NCBI GenBank assembly: GCA_047150005.1
Contig: AP038806.1
Location: 3,328,001-3,392,000, forward strand
Length of the DNA: 64,000 bases
Direction of reading: 5' to 3'
Source: Nitrospira sp.
Lineage (GTDB): Bacteria; Nitrospirota; Nitrospiria; Nitrospirales; Nitrospiraceae
Under the pieces are notes generated by a model, which saw nothing but the letters and a program-made list of their open reading frames with translations, ran no database searches and had not been told where the DNA came from. Both the position numbers and the translations under genes were made by a program. Positions within the stretch are counted from its first letter, which is position 1. The number at the start of each line of letters is the position of its first letter. Shown piece by piece: positions 37,800 through 48,915 of the stretch.

Positions 37800-38229
37800 G
37801 GCGCATTCTCCTTCGTAAGCGGTCTATCGCATGTTCATCGCGTGCGACGATTATCTGCGTCGTATCCGATGCCGCAGTGGAACAGCGTAGCCTGTGTGTC
37901 GAATCGATCTAAGCCAGGCTCCCGCTGAATAGTTAATATCGGGAATTGACTCCCCGACACAAGCTGAATTTTGAGATTGACGCACGTTGAGAGTTGAGCG
38001 GTATGATTGAGACACATCGAGGCTTTTTGCGTTTCTGCATCCAAAAATGGTGAGACGATTGCTGTTTGGATCACGAAGCGAGATGGTCCTTGTCTTGCTC
38101 GATCCTGGTAGCCTGTTGCAAAGGCCGGCGCCGTTATGTAGGAGTAGCCCTACTGCTCGCGTCGCAGCGGCCAGATTGTTCGATCCGAGTTAGATGCTGT
38201 CTATCGCTGTATCCAGAATTGGAGAGATC

Positions 38230-40638
38230 ATGGGAAAATCATTGCCTGAGAAGGAACTCAAGTTGATAGACGCCTATTGGCGCGCGGCGAACTACTTATC
38301 GGTCGGCCAGATCTATCTCTACGACAATCCGCTTCTGAAGAGGCCGTTGAAGAAGGAGCACATCAAACCCCGGTTGCTCGGTCATTGGGGGACGACGCCG
38401 GGGTTGAACTTCATCTACGCCCACCTCAATCGGGTGATCGCCCAGCGAGACCTGAACATGATCTACATCATCGGTCCCGGTCATGGAGGGCCTGGCATCG
38501 TGGCAAACGCCTATCTGGAAGGGACCTATTCCGAGGTCTACCCGAACATTACCCAGGACGAAGAGGGGATGAAGCGGCTGTTCACCCAGTTTTCATTTCC
38601 GGGTGGTATTCCCAGTCACGTGGCGCCGGAAACGCCGGGCTCAATCCATGAAGGCGGGGAATTAGGCTATGCGATCTCGCATGCGTACGGGGCCGCCTAC
38701 GACAATCCCGACCTGATCGTGTCCTGCGTGGTCGGCGACGGTGAGGCGGAGACCGGACCCATGGCGACTTCCTGGCACTCCAATAAATTCCTGAATCCGG
38801 CGACTGACGGAGCCGTGCTGCCCATCCTGCATCTGAACGGGTACAAGATCGCCAATCCCTGTGTTCTGGCTCGCATCAGTCATGAGGAACTGGATCAATT
38901 GTTCAGAGGGTACGGATATATTCCCCACTTTGTCGAAGGGAATGATCCGGCCAAGATGCATCGGCTTATGGCATCCGCGCTTGATGGGTGCCTTGACGAA
39001 ATCCGCCGTATCCAGACCAAGGCAAGGAAGCATGGAGTCACGGACCGGCCGCGCTGGCCGATGATCGTCCTGCGCTCGCCGAAAGGCTGGACCTGTCCCA
39101 AGACCATCGACGGCAAGCGGACCGAAGATTATTGGCGCTCGCATCAGGTGCCGATGGGTGAAATGCATGAGAAGCCGGCTCATGTAAAACTTCTTGAACA
39201 TTGGATGAAGAGGTACAGGCCTGATGAACTGTTCGACAAGGCCGGACGGTTGAAGGCCGAGCTCACCGATCTGGCGCCGAAGGGCGAACGCCGCATGAGC
39301 GCCAATCCTCACGCCAACGGCGGGCTACTGCTCAAGGATCTGCGCCTGCCTGATTTCCGCGACTACGCCGTCAAGGTGACCAGGCCTGGAGCCGTAGTTG
39401 CCGAGTCCACCCGCCTGATGGGAACATTGTTGCGGGACGTCATGAAATTGAACATGGACAGCAGGAATTTCCGGCTGTTCAGTCCCGACGAAAACAATTC
39501 AAACCGTTGGCAGGATGCATTGGAGGTGACCAATCGCGCCTGGATGGCGGACCGCTATCCGTACGATGACCATCTGGCGCCCGATGGCCGGGTGATGGAA
39601 ATGCTCAGCGAACACCAATGCCAGGGCTGGCTGGAAGGGTACCTCTTGACCGGCCGACACGGGTTCTTCTCCTGTTATGAGGCCTTCATCCATATCATCG
39701 ACTCGATGTTCAATCAGCATGCAAAGTGGCTGAAGGTCTGCCAGGAGATTCCCTGGCGGCGGTCGATCGCCTCGCTCAACTATCTGCTCAGTTCCCATGT
39801 CTGGCGCCAGGACCACAATGGATTCAGCCACCAGGATCCCGGTTTCATCGACCACGTGGTGAACAAGAAGGCGCAGGTCGTGCGAGTCTATCTGCCGCCG
39901 GATGCAAATACACTCCTCTCGGTGACCAATCACTGTCTGCGCAGCCGGAATTATGTGAACGTGATCGTCGCGGGGAAACAACCGGCTCCACAATGGCTGA
40001 CGATGGATCAGGCCATCAACCACTGCGCTGCCGGCATCGGCATCTGGGATTGGGCCAGCAACGACAAGGGGAGCGAGCCCGACGTGGTGATGGCCTGTTG
40101 CGGAGACGTGCCGACGCTGGAGACATTGGCCGCCGTTGATCTCCTGCGACAACATCTTCCCGCCTTGAAGGTCCGGGTCGTCAACGTGGTCAACCTGATG
40201 AAACTGCAACCGCCGAGCGAGCACCCGCACGGGCTTCCGGACAAGGACTTCGACGCGCTGTTTACCAAGGACAAGCCGATCATCTTTGCCTTCCATGGCT
40301 ACCCCTGGTTGATCCACCGGCTCACCTATCGACGCACGAATCATCACAATCTGCATGTGCGGGGTTACAAGGAAGAAGGGACCACGAGCACGCCCTTCGA
40401 CATGGTGGTGATGAACGATCTCGATCGGTTTCATCTTTTCGGTGACGTGATCGACCGATTGCCGGAGCTTGGGGCCCGGGCGGCCTATGCAAAGCAGGCG
40501 ATTCGTGACAAGCTGATCGAGCACAAGGAATACATTGCCAAGCACGGCGAAGACATGCCTGAGATCACCGACTGGCAATGGGGTCAGGCGACCTCGCGGA
40601 AGAACCGTAGGAGTTCGACGGAAGGCGACAACAATTGA
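38230..40638 (+). CDS. xfp: Xylulose-5-P/fructose-6-P phosphoketolase
   Basis: [52 protein letters not shown]. Confidence 0.95.
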   Translation: MGKSLPEKELKLIDAYWRAANYLSVGQIYLYDNPLLKRPLKKEHIKPRLLGHWGTTPGLNFIYAHLNRVIAQRDLNMIYIIGPGHGGPGIVANAYLEGTYSEVYPNITQDEEGMKRLFTQFSFPGGIPSHVAPETPGSIHEGGELGYAISHAYGAAYDNPDLIVSCVVGDGEAETGPMATSWHSNKFLNPATDGAVLPILHLNGYKIANPCVLARISHEELDQLFRGYGYIPHFVEGNDPAKMHRLMASALDGCLDEIRRIQTKARKHGVTDRPRWPMIVLRSPKGWTCPKTIDGKRTEDYWRSHQVPMGEMHEKPAHVKLLEHWMKRYRPDELFDKAGRLKAELTDLAPKGERRMSANPHANGGLLLKDLRLPDFRDYAVKVTRPGAVVAESTRLMGTLLRDVMKLNMDSRNFRLFSPDENNSNRWQDALEVTNRAWMADRYPYDDHLAPDGRVMEMLSEHQCQGWLEGYLLTGRHGFFSCYEAFIHIIDSMFNQHAKWLKVCQEIPWRRSIASLNYLLSSHVWRQDHNGFSHQDPGFIDHVVNKKAQVVRVYLPPDANTLLSVTNHCLRSRNYVNVIVAGKQPAPQWLTMDQAINHCAAGIGIWDWASNDKGSEPDVVMACCGDVPTLETLAAVDLLRQHLPALKVRVVNVVNLMKLQPPSEHPHGLPDKDFDALFTKDKPIIFAFHGYPWLIHRLTYRRTNHHNLHVRGYKEEGTTSTPFDMVVMNDLDRFHLFGDVIDRLPELGARAAYAKQAIRDKLIEHKEYIAKHGEDMPEITDWQWGQATSRKNRRSSTEGDNN

Positions 40639-40727
40639 TGGGAGGAGATGATAGGAATTTTTACAAAATCCCGATAGGGGACGCTGACCGCCGAGCAGTG
40701 GTCCCTTCTGAAAGGAGCGTTTTCGCC

Positions 40728-41213
40728 ATGCCAGTTTTCCGACTATTTCTCCTGATCGCAGCTGTCGTCTTGGCCGCTCCGGCCTTCGCTCAGGACTCCA
40801 GGGCAACTTCTGCAGACCCCGACATGGAAATGTTGATCCAGAAAATCAAGGCGGATAAGAAGTTGTTAGTGGCGGCGAACATGGACCTCACCGAGGCCGA
40901 GGCCAAGCGGTTTTGGCCACTCTATGACGTCTACCAAAAGGAACTGGACAAGATAAATCAGCGGCTCAGTAAAACGATCAAGGAGTACGCGGCGGCCTTC
41001 GATGAAGGCCCAATACCGAACGACACTGCCACGAAATTGATTAACGAAGCACTGTCGGTCCAAGAAGCCGAACTCAAACTGAAGCGCGCGTATGCGGCCA
41101 AGGTCGGCAAGGTGCTCCCCGGAGCTAAAACGGCCCGCTTTGTCCAAATCGAAAATAAGATTCGGGCGGTCTTGAACGCTGAAATCGCGCGACAAATCCC
41201 GCTCGTCTACTGA
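40728..41213 (+). CDS. Helical periplasmic hypothetical protein, paralog of 62684..63160
   Basis: Signal peptide; KADKKLLVAANMDLTEAEAKRFWPLY...QIENKIR...QIPLVY. Confidence 0.8.
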   Translation: MPVFRLFLLIAAVVLAAPAFAQDSRATSADPDMEMLIQKIKADKKLLVAANMDLTEAEAKRFWPLYDVYQKELDKINQRLSKTIKEYAAAFDEGPIPNDTATKLINEALSVQEAELKLKRAYAAKVGKVLPGAKTARFVQIENKIRAVLNAEIARQIPLVY

Positions 41214-41243
41214 GACGCCCGGCAGCTCCCTGAAGGAGAAGAC

Positions 41244-42047
41244 ATGAGTCGAAAAGAGAACGGCAAATCCAAGTGGAAACGCAAGGAATATGAGGTGGAG
41301 CTGCGCAAGCTTCAGGCCGAGCTCTGTCACCTGCAGGCCTGGGTCAAACACAAAGGACTGCGCGTCATTGTCGTGTTTGAAGGCCGTGACGGCGCAGGTA
41401 AAGGAGGAACGATCCGGGCGATCGCGGAGCGGGTCAGCCCTCGCGTGTTTCGGGTCGTCGCCCTGCCTGCTCCATCCGACCGGGAGAAGAGCCAGATGTA
41501 CATTCAGCGCTATGTTCAACACTTCCCGGCGGCGGGCGAAATCGTCATCTTCGATCGCAGCTGGTACAATCGCGCCGGGGTTGAATACGTCATGGGGTTC
41601 TGCAGCAAGGAACAGCACCGCCGGTTCCTCGATCTCTGTCCCATCGTGGAGCGGTATTTCGTGGACGGCGGGCTCATCTTGATCAAGTACTGGCTCGAAG
41701 TGAATAACGAGGAGCAGGAACGGCGTTTCGAGGCCCGCATCGAAGATCCCCTGCGCCAATGGAAGCTCAGTCCGGTTGATCTGCCGTCGCGTGAGAAGTG
41801 GTACGAGTACTCCCGCGCCCGCGACATGATGCTGGACAAAACAGACACGAAGCATGCACCCTGGCACATCGTGAGATCGGATGACAAGAAACGCGCTCGT
41901 CTCAACTGCATCGCGCACTTGCTGTCACTGATCCCCTACAAGAAGTTGCCGCAGGAGAAGGTCACGCTACCCAAACGATCGAAGAAGCATAAGTACGATG
42001 ATCAGGCGACGTTGAAAAGAAGACAATTCGTTCCGGAGAAGTATTGA
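41244..42047 (+). CDS. ppk2: Polyphosphate kinase 2
   Basis: FEGRDGAGKGG, FDRSWYNR, WKLSP, SDDKKRARLN. Confidence 0.95.
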   Translation: MSRKENGKSKWKRKEYEVELRKLQAELCHLQAWVKHKGLRVIVVFEGRDGAGKGGTIRAIAERVSPRVFRVVALPAPSDREKSQMYIQRYVQHFPAAGEIVIFDRSWYNRAGVEYVMGFCSKEQHRRFLDLCPIVERYFVDGGLILIKYWLEVNNEEQERRFEARIEDPLRQWKLSPVDLPSREKWYEYSRARDMMLDKTDTKHAPWHIVRSDDKKRARLNCIAHLLSLIPYKKLPQEKVTLPKRSKKHKYDDQATLKRRQFVPEKY

Positions 42048-42090
42048 ACTCGTGCATAGGGGGGTTGCCATGAAACCGAGGGGGGAGGAC

Positions 42091-44826
42091 ATGAAAGAAG
42101 ACAAGAAACCGGCCACTGTGGAACATGGACGACTCCTCACGGACGGCCGAGCGTGGAAACACTGGGGTCCGTACTTAAGCGAGCGCCAGTGGGGAACAGT
42201 GCGGGAGGATTACAGCCCGGGTGGAGACGCCTGGAACTATTTTACACATGATCATGCCCGCTCTCGGGCCTATCGCTGGGGGGAAGACGGCCTCGCCGGC
42301 ATTTCCGATGAGCAGCAACGGCTCTGCTTTGCGCTGGCGCTATGGAATGGGAAAGATCCGATTCTTAAGGAGCGCTTGTTCGGTTTGACCAACAGTGAGG
42401 GCAACCATGGCGAAGACGTCAAAGAGTACTACTTCTATCTCGACAGCACGCCGACACATTCGTACATGAAGTACCTCTACAAGTATCCCCAGGCGGCCTA
42501 TCCCTACGCCGACCTCGTGGAGACCAACAAGCGGCGGAGCCGGGAGGAAATGGAATACGAGTTGCTCGATACGGGAGTTTTTGCCGAGGACCGGTACTTC
42601 GATGTCTTCATGGAATACGCGAAGGCCAGCCCGGACGATGTACTCGTGCGGATCACCGCGACCAACCGAGGGCCTCAGGCAGCCGAGTTGCACGTGCTTC
42701 CCACCCTGTGGTTCCGGAATGATTGGGCTCAGTGGCTGGTCAGACCGGCTCAGAAGCCGATGCTCAAACAGGTCAAAAGTCCAAAAGGAACCAGCGCGGT
42801 GTCGGCCGCGCATGTCTCGCTCGGGGAGTATATGCTCTATTGCGAGGGCGACGTGCCGCTCCTCTTCACCGACAACGAAACGAACAACGGACGGCTCTTT
42901 CCGGAATATCCCAACGCTAGTCCCTACGTCAAAGACGGCATCAATGATTACATACTTCATGGCCGGGAGAATGCCGTCAATCCGAACAGGACTGGCACGA
43001 AAGTGTCGCCTCATTACCGGTTCACGATCGATCCAGGCAAGTCCGTCACCGCCAAGGTGCGTTTGGTTAAGCAGGACGGAAAGGGAGGGGAGGCCACGCC
43101 GTTCGGAGCGGCCTTCGATGGTATTCTCGGCGAGCGAGTCAAAGAAGCCGACGAGTTCTATAAAGCGGTGACTCCTCCTTCCGTCTCTTCGGATGCGGCC
43201 AATGTAATGCGGCAAGCCATTGCCGGCATGCTGTGGAGCAAGCAGTACTACTTCCTCGACGCGGACCAATGGCTTGAGGAACACCGCGCGCATCCGTTGC
43301 ATGGAGAAAGTCGAGAGTTTCGGAATCGCGACTGGTTTCATATGGTCAATCAGGACGTCATCTCGATGCCGGACAAATGGGAGTACCCCTGGTACGCAGC
43401 GTGGGACCTGGCTTTTCATACTTTGCCGCTCTCGGTCGTGGACCCTGACTTCGCCAAGCAGCAGATGGAACTGATGTTTCGCCGACTGTATCTGCATCCC
43501 AACGGCCAGATTCCAGCCTATGAGTGGAACTTCAGCGACGTGAATCCTCCGGTTCATGCCTGGGCCACGCTCTTTCTCCATCGCACCGCATCGGCGTTGA
43601 CCGGGGAAGTCGACATCGACTTTCTCAAGTCCGCATTCAACAAATTGCTGCTGAATTTTACCTGGTGGGTGAACCGGAAGGACCGATTTGGCAAAAACGT
43701 CTTCGAGGGAGGTTTTCTCGGTCTCGACAACATCGGCGTGTTCGACCGGAGCGCTCCCTTGCCCACCGGCGGCCATCTGGAACAGGCGGACGGCACGGCC
43801 TGGATGGCGCTGTTCACACAAAACATGTGCGAACTGGCCGTCGAAATTATGCCGCACGACCGCACCTATGAAGACATGGTGGGGAAATTCGTCGAACACT
43901 TCCTCTATATCGCCGCGGCGATGAATAAGTCGGGACCGGACGGTATGTGGGATGAGGAAGACGGGTTTTATTATGATCTACTCAGGTTGCCGGACGGGAG
44001 CGCGACCAGGCTCAAGGTCCGATCCATGGTCGGGCTCCTGCCGCTGTGTGCCACGACCGTCGTCGAAGCCTGGCAACGAGAGCGGGTTCCTGAGGCGACA
44101 GCTGCATTTCAACGGCGTTTGCAGCAAATGCCCGAGCTGTTGGCGTCCGTGCACCAAACCGGGCCGGGTCACCTTGGCGTGGCGGATCGCGGCATTTTCG
44201 CGCTGGTCAATCAAGAGCGGCTGCGGCGAATTCTGTCGAAAATGCTGGACGAAAACGAGTTCCTGAGCCCGTACGGCATCCGCTCGCTGTCGAAATTCCA
44301 CCAGGAGCATCCGTTCATCTTCCACACGGGCGGTCAGGAATACCGGGTGGACTATCTGCCGGCTGAGTCCAATACGGGCATGTTCGGCGGCAACTCCAAC
44401 TGGCGGGGACCGGTCTGGATGCCGGTTAACGCCACGATCATCCGCGCCCTACTGCAGTACTATCTCTATTATGGAGACAATTTCAAAATCGAATGTCCCA
44501 CTGGTTCCGGCCGCATGATGAACCTGTTCGAGGTCAGCAAGGAGATTGCGGATCGTTTGAGCCGCATCTTCCTACGCGATGAACAAGGAAAGCGGGCGGT
44601 GTACGGCGGAAGCAGAAAGTTCCAGGAGGACCCTCACTGGCGGGACCATATTCTGTTCTATGAATACTTCCATGGCGACAATGGCGCCGGCCTGGGGGCC
44701 AGCCATCAGACAGGGTGGACAGGTCTGGTCGCGAAGTTGATCGAACTGTACGGCAGGCTTGACCCTCAGAAAGCCCTCCAAGCCGGAAAAGGCGCGGCAT
44801 TTACCTCCCTCAAGGCGGACCGGTAA
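42091..44826 (+). CDS. GH63-like (MGH1) glucosidase, copy 2
   Basis: Same motifs as 26918..29782; GGAGG RBS. Confidence 0.88.
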   Translation: MKEDKKPATVEHGRLLTDGRAWKHWGPYLSERQWGTVREDYSPGGDAWNYFTHDHARSRAYRWGEDGLAGISDEQQRLCFALALWNGKDPILKERLFGLTNSEGNHGEDVKEYYFYLDSTPTHSYMKYLYKYPQAAYPYADLVETNKRRSREEMEYELLDTGVFAEDRYFDVFMEYAKASPDDVLVRITATNRGPQAAELHVLPTLWFRNDWAQWLVRPAQKPMLKQVKSPKGTSAVSAAHVSLGEYMLYCEGDVPLLFTDNETNNGRLFPEYPNASPYVKDGINDYILHGRENAVNPNRTGTKVSPHYRFTIDPGKSVTAKVRLVKQDGKGGEATPFGAAFDGILGERVKEADEFYKAVTPPSVSSDAANVMRQAIAGMLWSKQYYFLDADQWLEEHRAHPLHGESREFRNRDWFHMVNQDVISMPDKWEYPWYAAWDLAFHTLPLSVVDPDFAKQQMELMFRRLYLHPNGQIPAYEWNFSDVNPPVHAWATLFLHRTASALTGEVDIDFLKSAFNKLLLNFTWWVNRKDRFGKNVFEGGFLGLDNIGVFDRSAPLPTGGHLEQADGTAWMALFTQNMCELAVEIMPHDRTYEDMVGKFVEHFLYIAAAMNKSGPDGMWDEEDGFYYDLLRLPDGSATRLKVRSMVGLLPLCATTVVEAWQRERVPEATAAFQRRLQQMPELLASVHQTGPGHLGVADRGIFALVNQERLRRILSKMLDENEFLSPYGIRSLSKFHQEHPFIFHTGGQEYRVDYLPAESNTGMFGGNSNWRGPVWMPVNATIIRALLQYYLYYGDNFKIECPTGSGRMMNLFEVSKEIADRLSRIFLRDEQGKRAVYGGSRKFQEDPHWRDHILFYEYFHGDNGAGLGASHQTGWTGLVAKLIELYGRLDPQKALQAGKGAAFTSLKADR

Positions 44827-45209
44827 TGCGATCCGACGTTCAATCCGGCGGATAGAAGAGGGTTGCTGGAAGACATGAAGACCGACATCGAGAGGCAATT
44901 GCTCCGGCGTCAACTCTTCCGGAACCGGTGGTTTAATCCGGCCTGGACCGCCAGATCGCTGGCTGCAAAGATCAGGCAATTTCTGGAAGCCCCGTCCATG
45001 CCGTGAACCCAAGGGTGTGGGGAGGGACAATCGATGCGTTCGATACGAAGGGACTGGGCGTGCGGCGCTGGTTCCCGGTGGCGGCGGAGCGCCTGCGGAT
45101 CCGAATAGACAGCGCCCGGCTTTTCCGGTACACTCCAGCGCCCGAAGAGGAGGCTTGTGGAGTTCCAGTCATCGGTGCGGCAATTCATAGGCGAAAACAG
45201 GAGGACAGC

Positions 45210-45545
45210 ATGCGGAAATGTTTCACCACGGGCCTGATACTCTGTGGACTGGTCGGGATGGTCGCCGGATGCACCAATTATTACCGCGTGACCGATCCCC
45301 ATTCCGGTAAGACTTACTACACGACCGAGGTCAAGGATGCCGGCAGAGGCGGCGCCGTGAAGATCAAGGACGCAAAGTCGGGAAGCACGGTGACCCTGCA
45401 ATCGTCCGAGGTCAAGGAGATCACGTCGGATGAATATGAAGCTGCCATGAAGGCACCGTCAATGAAGGCAACGACTCCCATGCCCTCTGCTGAAAAGGCG
45501 ACGACTCCCATGCCCCCTGCCGAGCCTCAGCCGGCCGCAAAGTAA
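45210..45545 (+). CDS. Small lipoprotein with Pro-rich tail
   Basis: VAGC lipobox; YYRVTDPHSGKTYYT; GGAGG RBS. Confidence 0.75.
   Translation: MRKCFTTGLILCGLVGMVAGCTNYYRVTDPHSGKTYYTTEVKDAGRGGAVKIKDAKSGSTVTLQSSEVKEITSDEYEAAMKAPSMKATTPMPSAEKATTPMPPAEPQPAAK
45465..45524 (+). repeat. 30-bp in-frame tandem duplication (KATTPMP[S/P]AE x2)
   Basis: AAGGCAACGACTCCCATGCCCTCTGCTGAA / AAGGCGACGACTCCCATGCCCCCTGCCGAG. Confidence 0.8.
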
Positions 45546-45649
45546 ACATGAGTCACCCTTGCCTTGCCGGCTACTATTCGCGGGTATTGACGGGTGTATT
45601 GAAGCTGGCTATAAGAAGCGAGTTTTTATTGGCTTCTAGGACACCATTC

Positions 45650-46501
45650 ATGTATCGATACCTCCGGACCGCGGCATATGTCCTGGCGGTGGTGATGTTC
45701 CTGTCGGGATACGTTTCTCCAGTTCTCGCCGAAGAAGCCTCTTCCGATGCTCCCTTCTCCGATAAGTTGATGATCCGTGGCGGGTGGGCCTATGTCTTCG
45801 GGGCGACGGCCAATGCCTCGGTCTCCGGGCCGACGTTGGGACTCGGACCCGCCGTGGACTTCACCAACACGCTCGGTGGGAGAAGCAGTACCGACGCATT
45901 CAGGATCGACGGGCTCTATCGATTCAACGAACGGCATGCCGTCGGTCTATCCTGGTATCGCGTCGGATTGAGCGGGAACAAGAGCATCAACCAAGAGATT
46001 CAGATCGGCGACAACGTCGTGTCGGCCGGCGCGGCCACGCAGACCGGGTTGAGCTTCAATACCTATCGGTTGCTCTATAACTATTCATTTTATCGAAGCG
46101 ACAAGGTAGAACTTGCCTTCTCGCCCGGGCTGTACATCATGAAAACCAACTTCAATTTCGCTGCACAAGGAACCATTAACGGCAACGCGAGCAACACCGC
46201 TCTCGTGAACGAGCAGGTGACGTTGCCCCTCCCGTCCATCGGCCTCGTCGTAAATTACAACATTACACCGAAGCTCCAGTTTCAAAATCGCTACGACTTT
46301 TTCTATCTCACCATTAACGATTATTCCGGAGCCATGTTCGAGTTCTATGCCGGTCTTGAGTATCGGCTCTTCAAGCATTTCGCGATGGGCGCCGCGTACG
46401 ACCGGTTGCAGGCCGGTTTGAGAGGAGATGGAGATAAAGGCTTTACGGTGAATTTCAGTTATAACCTGGCCTATGTGTACGCAACCCTGTATTTGTTTTA
46501 A
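45650..46501 (+). CDS. Outer-membrane beta-barrel hypothetical protein
   Basis: Signal peptide, amphipathic strands, PLPSIG, terminal YLF; upstream TTGACG-17-TATAAG. Confidence 0.7.
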   Translation: MYRYLRTAAYVLAVVMFLSGYVSPVLAEEASSDAPFSDKLMIRGGWAYVFGATANASVSGPTLGLGPAVDFTNTLGGRSSTDAFRIDGLYRFNERHAVGLSWYRVGLSGNKSINQEIQIGDNVVSAGAATQTGLSFNTYRLLYNYSFYRSDKVELAFSPGLYIMKTNFNFAAQGTINGNASNTALVNEQVTLPLPSIGLVVNYNITPKLQFQNRYDFFYLTINDYSGAMFEFYAGLEYRLFKHFAMGAAYDRLQAGLRGDGDKGFTVNFSYNLAYVYATLYLF

Positions 46502-46721
46502 TCGGCACAGAGCGTAAATATTCAGTGAGTCAGCGTCCTCATCATTCCGATCGGATGATCCCTGCCTTCTGTTTCCACGTGATCCCGCTTCAAGCTTGAT
46601 GGTTTCCCACGTGTGCCTTGCGATGTACGTCGCGTAGTCGTTCGTATGGGGGTTCATCTGGAGAGCGATTCAAAGGTGCCAATCAATCGTTCAATCGAGC
46701 AGAGAGAAGGAGGGAGCCGCC

Positions 46722-48527
46722 ATGAGTAGAATGCCCCGAACCTTGTGTATAGCCCTGATTGGGTTCGCGCTGGGCGCGCTGTGGATCACTCCCCTGTGGG
46801 CTGAAAAGGACGCTCCGCAACCGAGTCTGAAGGAATTCATCGACAAGAAAAAAGTTCTCCAAGTCGAGCAGCCCGGTATGGCGACGGGTATTCCGGAGGA
46901 CCAGTTTGACCGGGGGACACCGAGGTCGAGCGTCCAGGGCTATCTCTCAGCCGTTCGGGATCGGAACTATGTGCGAGCGGCGGAGTATCTGGATCTCCGA
47001 AATCTGCCATCCGGTTTGACGGAAGCCCAAGGGCCGGAGCTGGCCAGGCAGTTGAGGATCGTCCTCGACCAGACGTTGTGGATCGATCTGGAACTGCTGA
47101 GCACGAGCCCGGAAGGAGACCAGCACGACAACCTGCCTGTCGTGCGCGAGCGAGTCGGGCACATCCCCACCGGTGAGAACAAGGTGTATGACCTGTTCAT
47201 GCAGCGGGTGCCGCGGGGCGACGGGATATACATCTGGAAATTTGCCGACGTGACCGTGGCTGAGATTCCCGAGCTCTACCAGCTATTCGGTTACGGCCGC
47301 CTCGAAAAGATATTCCCTTCCTGGTTATTCGACGTGTCGTTCCTGGGCATCAATCTCTGGCTATGGGCTGCCGTCCTCGGCATCGCCGCCGCGCTCTATC
47401 CGGTCGCCATGATCCTGACCAGACTGATTGCCTGGTCGCTCCGTCTTGTCAACAAGGAGTTTGCCGATCAATTCCAACGGCTCTTCACCGGGCCGGTCAC
47501 GCTCCTGATCTGGACGGTCATAGTCAGAAACATCGCGGACTTTGTCGGGTCATCGGTCGGGCTCAAAGCGCTTAGTCAAGCCAGAACGGTGCAGGTCATC
47601 GGTCTGGCCTGGCTGCTCATGCGCGTGATCGACCTGGTGGTCCAACGAGCCGGGGCGAATCTGGACAAGAAAGGACTCAGCGGATCGCGCGTGCTTCTCG
47701 TGCCGGTCTCCAAACTTGTGAAATTTGTTGCACTGGCCGGCGCCGTCCTGCTCTGGCTCGACAATGCCGGCTACAAGGTGACGACGCTGCTGGCCGGGCT
47801 CAGTATCAGCGGCGTGGCCGTCGCCCTGGCGTCTCAAAAGAGTCTGGAGAACATCTTCGGAGCCGTCACGTTGTTCAGCTCCAGACCGGTCAAGGTCGGG
47901 GACATGTGTCGGTTCGGCAACGAGATGGGCATGGTCGAGGAGATCGGGTTGCGGGCGACCCGCATCAGAACATTAGACCGGACTGTCATCACTGTGTCGA
48001 ATGCGGAATTCGCCAACATGCATCTCAACAATCTGTCGGAGCGGGATCGGTTCTGGTATCACCCGGTGCTTCAGCTCCGCTACGAAACCACGCCGGATCA
48101 GATCCGCTACCTCCTGGTGGAGGTCCGAAAGATGCTCTACGGCCATCCGAAAGTGCTGACGGAGCCGCTCCGGGCTCGGTTCATCCGGTTCGGTGAATAT
48201 TCATTGGACGTCGAGGTCTTCGCCTATCTGGAAGCGGCAAGCTACGACGAATCACTGGAAATCGCCGAGGATCTCAACCTTCGCATTATGGATATCGTGA
48301 ATGCGGCAGGTTCAGGTTTTGCGTTCCCGTCGGAGGTTCAATATTCGTTGCCGGGAAAGCCGCTTGATGAAGAACGGGCCAGGGCTGTGGGTCAGGAGGT
48401 CACGCAATGGAAATCAAAGAAGGAACTCTATCTGCCGGGTTTTCCACCGGACAAGATTGCGGAGCTTAAGAGTACGCTGGCTTATCCGCCGGAAGGTTCG
48501 CCGCAACGGGCTCAGGCAAGCGTGTGA
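46722..48527 (+). CDS. MscS-family mechanosensitive channel with periplasmic domain
   Basis: TPRSSV, TLLAGLSISGVAVALASQ, VEEIGLRATRIRT, FAFPS. Confidence 0.9.
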   Translation: MSRMPRTLCIALIGFALGALWITPLWAEKDAPQPSLKEFIDKKKVLQVEQPGMATGIPEDQFDRGTPRSSVQGYLSAVRDRNYVRAAEYLDLRNLPSGLTEAQGPELARQLRIVLDQTLWIDLELLSTSPEGDQHDNLPVVRERVGHIPTGENKVYDLFMQRVPRGDGIYIWKFADVTVAEIPELYQLFGYGRLEKIFPSWLFDVSFLGINLWLWAAVLGIAAALYPVAMILTRLIAWSLRLVNKEFADQFQRLFTGPVTLLIWTVIVRNIADFVGSSVGLKALSQARTVQVIGLAWLLMRVIDLVVQRAGANLDKKGLSGSRVLLVPVSKLVKFVALAGAVLLWLDNAGYKVTTLLAGLSISGVAVALASQKSLENIFGAVTLFSSRPVKVGDMCRFGNEMGMVEEIGLRATRIRTLDRTVITVSNAEFANMHLNNLSERDRFWYHPVLQLRYETTPDQIRYLLVEVRKMLYGHPKVLTEPLRARFIRFGEYSLDVEVFAYLEAASYDESLEIAEDLNLRIMDIVNAAGSGFAFPSEVQYSLPGKPLDEERARAVGQEVTQWKSKKELYLPGFPPDKIAELKSTLAYPPEGSPQRAQASV

Positions 48528-48544
48528 AGCGGGGAGGGGCAGAA

Positions 48545-48613
48545 CTAACCGCCACCAAACTGATTCGAAACGCTCCTGATTTTCAGCGGCTGATGCGAGA
48601 TTTGCAACGATGA
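48545..48613 (+). pseudogene. C-terminal remnant of a patatin paralog
   Basis: LTATKLIRNAPDFQRLMRDLQR* aligns with TTAAKLIRNDKEFQRLMKDVE at the end of 50724..52121. Confidence 0.65.
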
Positions 48614-48635
48614 GCAGCTCCGGAGAGGAGGTTGT

Positions 48636-48797
48636 ATCGATCAATCCATTTGTGCGGCTGGATTCCTTGGGCTCTGTAGCAGCCTGGCGGTGGCCGGAGT
48701 CCTAACCGGTTGCTCGGGCAGTGCCTCACACCATGATTCGTCCTCGCCCATCGTGCCGATTACGGACGTCAGTATGTATGTTCAAGCGATCCTTTAG
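48636..48797 (+). pseudogene. Truncated paralog of lipoprotein 56826..57263
   Basis: GAGGTTGTATCGATCAAT vs GAGGTCGTATGAATCAAT (ATG to ATC); LTGCSGSASHHDSSSPIVPITDV vs LSGCSHEPVHYESSWPMVPIQDL. Confidence 0.6.
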
Positions 48798-48915
48798 CCT
48801 AACCGGTCGATTCACTAACGTGTTGGGCCAGTTTCCAACATTCCAGTCTGCGCGCAGTCTCGCTCGTTTTGGCGTTTCACAACAAACAGCGTATATGCGA
48901 CAGCAGCTGACAGCG

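Noticed and set aside
44875..45006. 43-aa ORF ending in AWTARSLAAKIRQFL, resembling a receiver-domain tail
   Set aside because: Too short and too weak to support; possibly a remnant.
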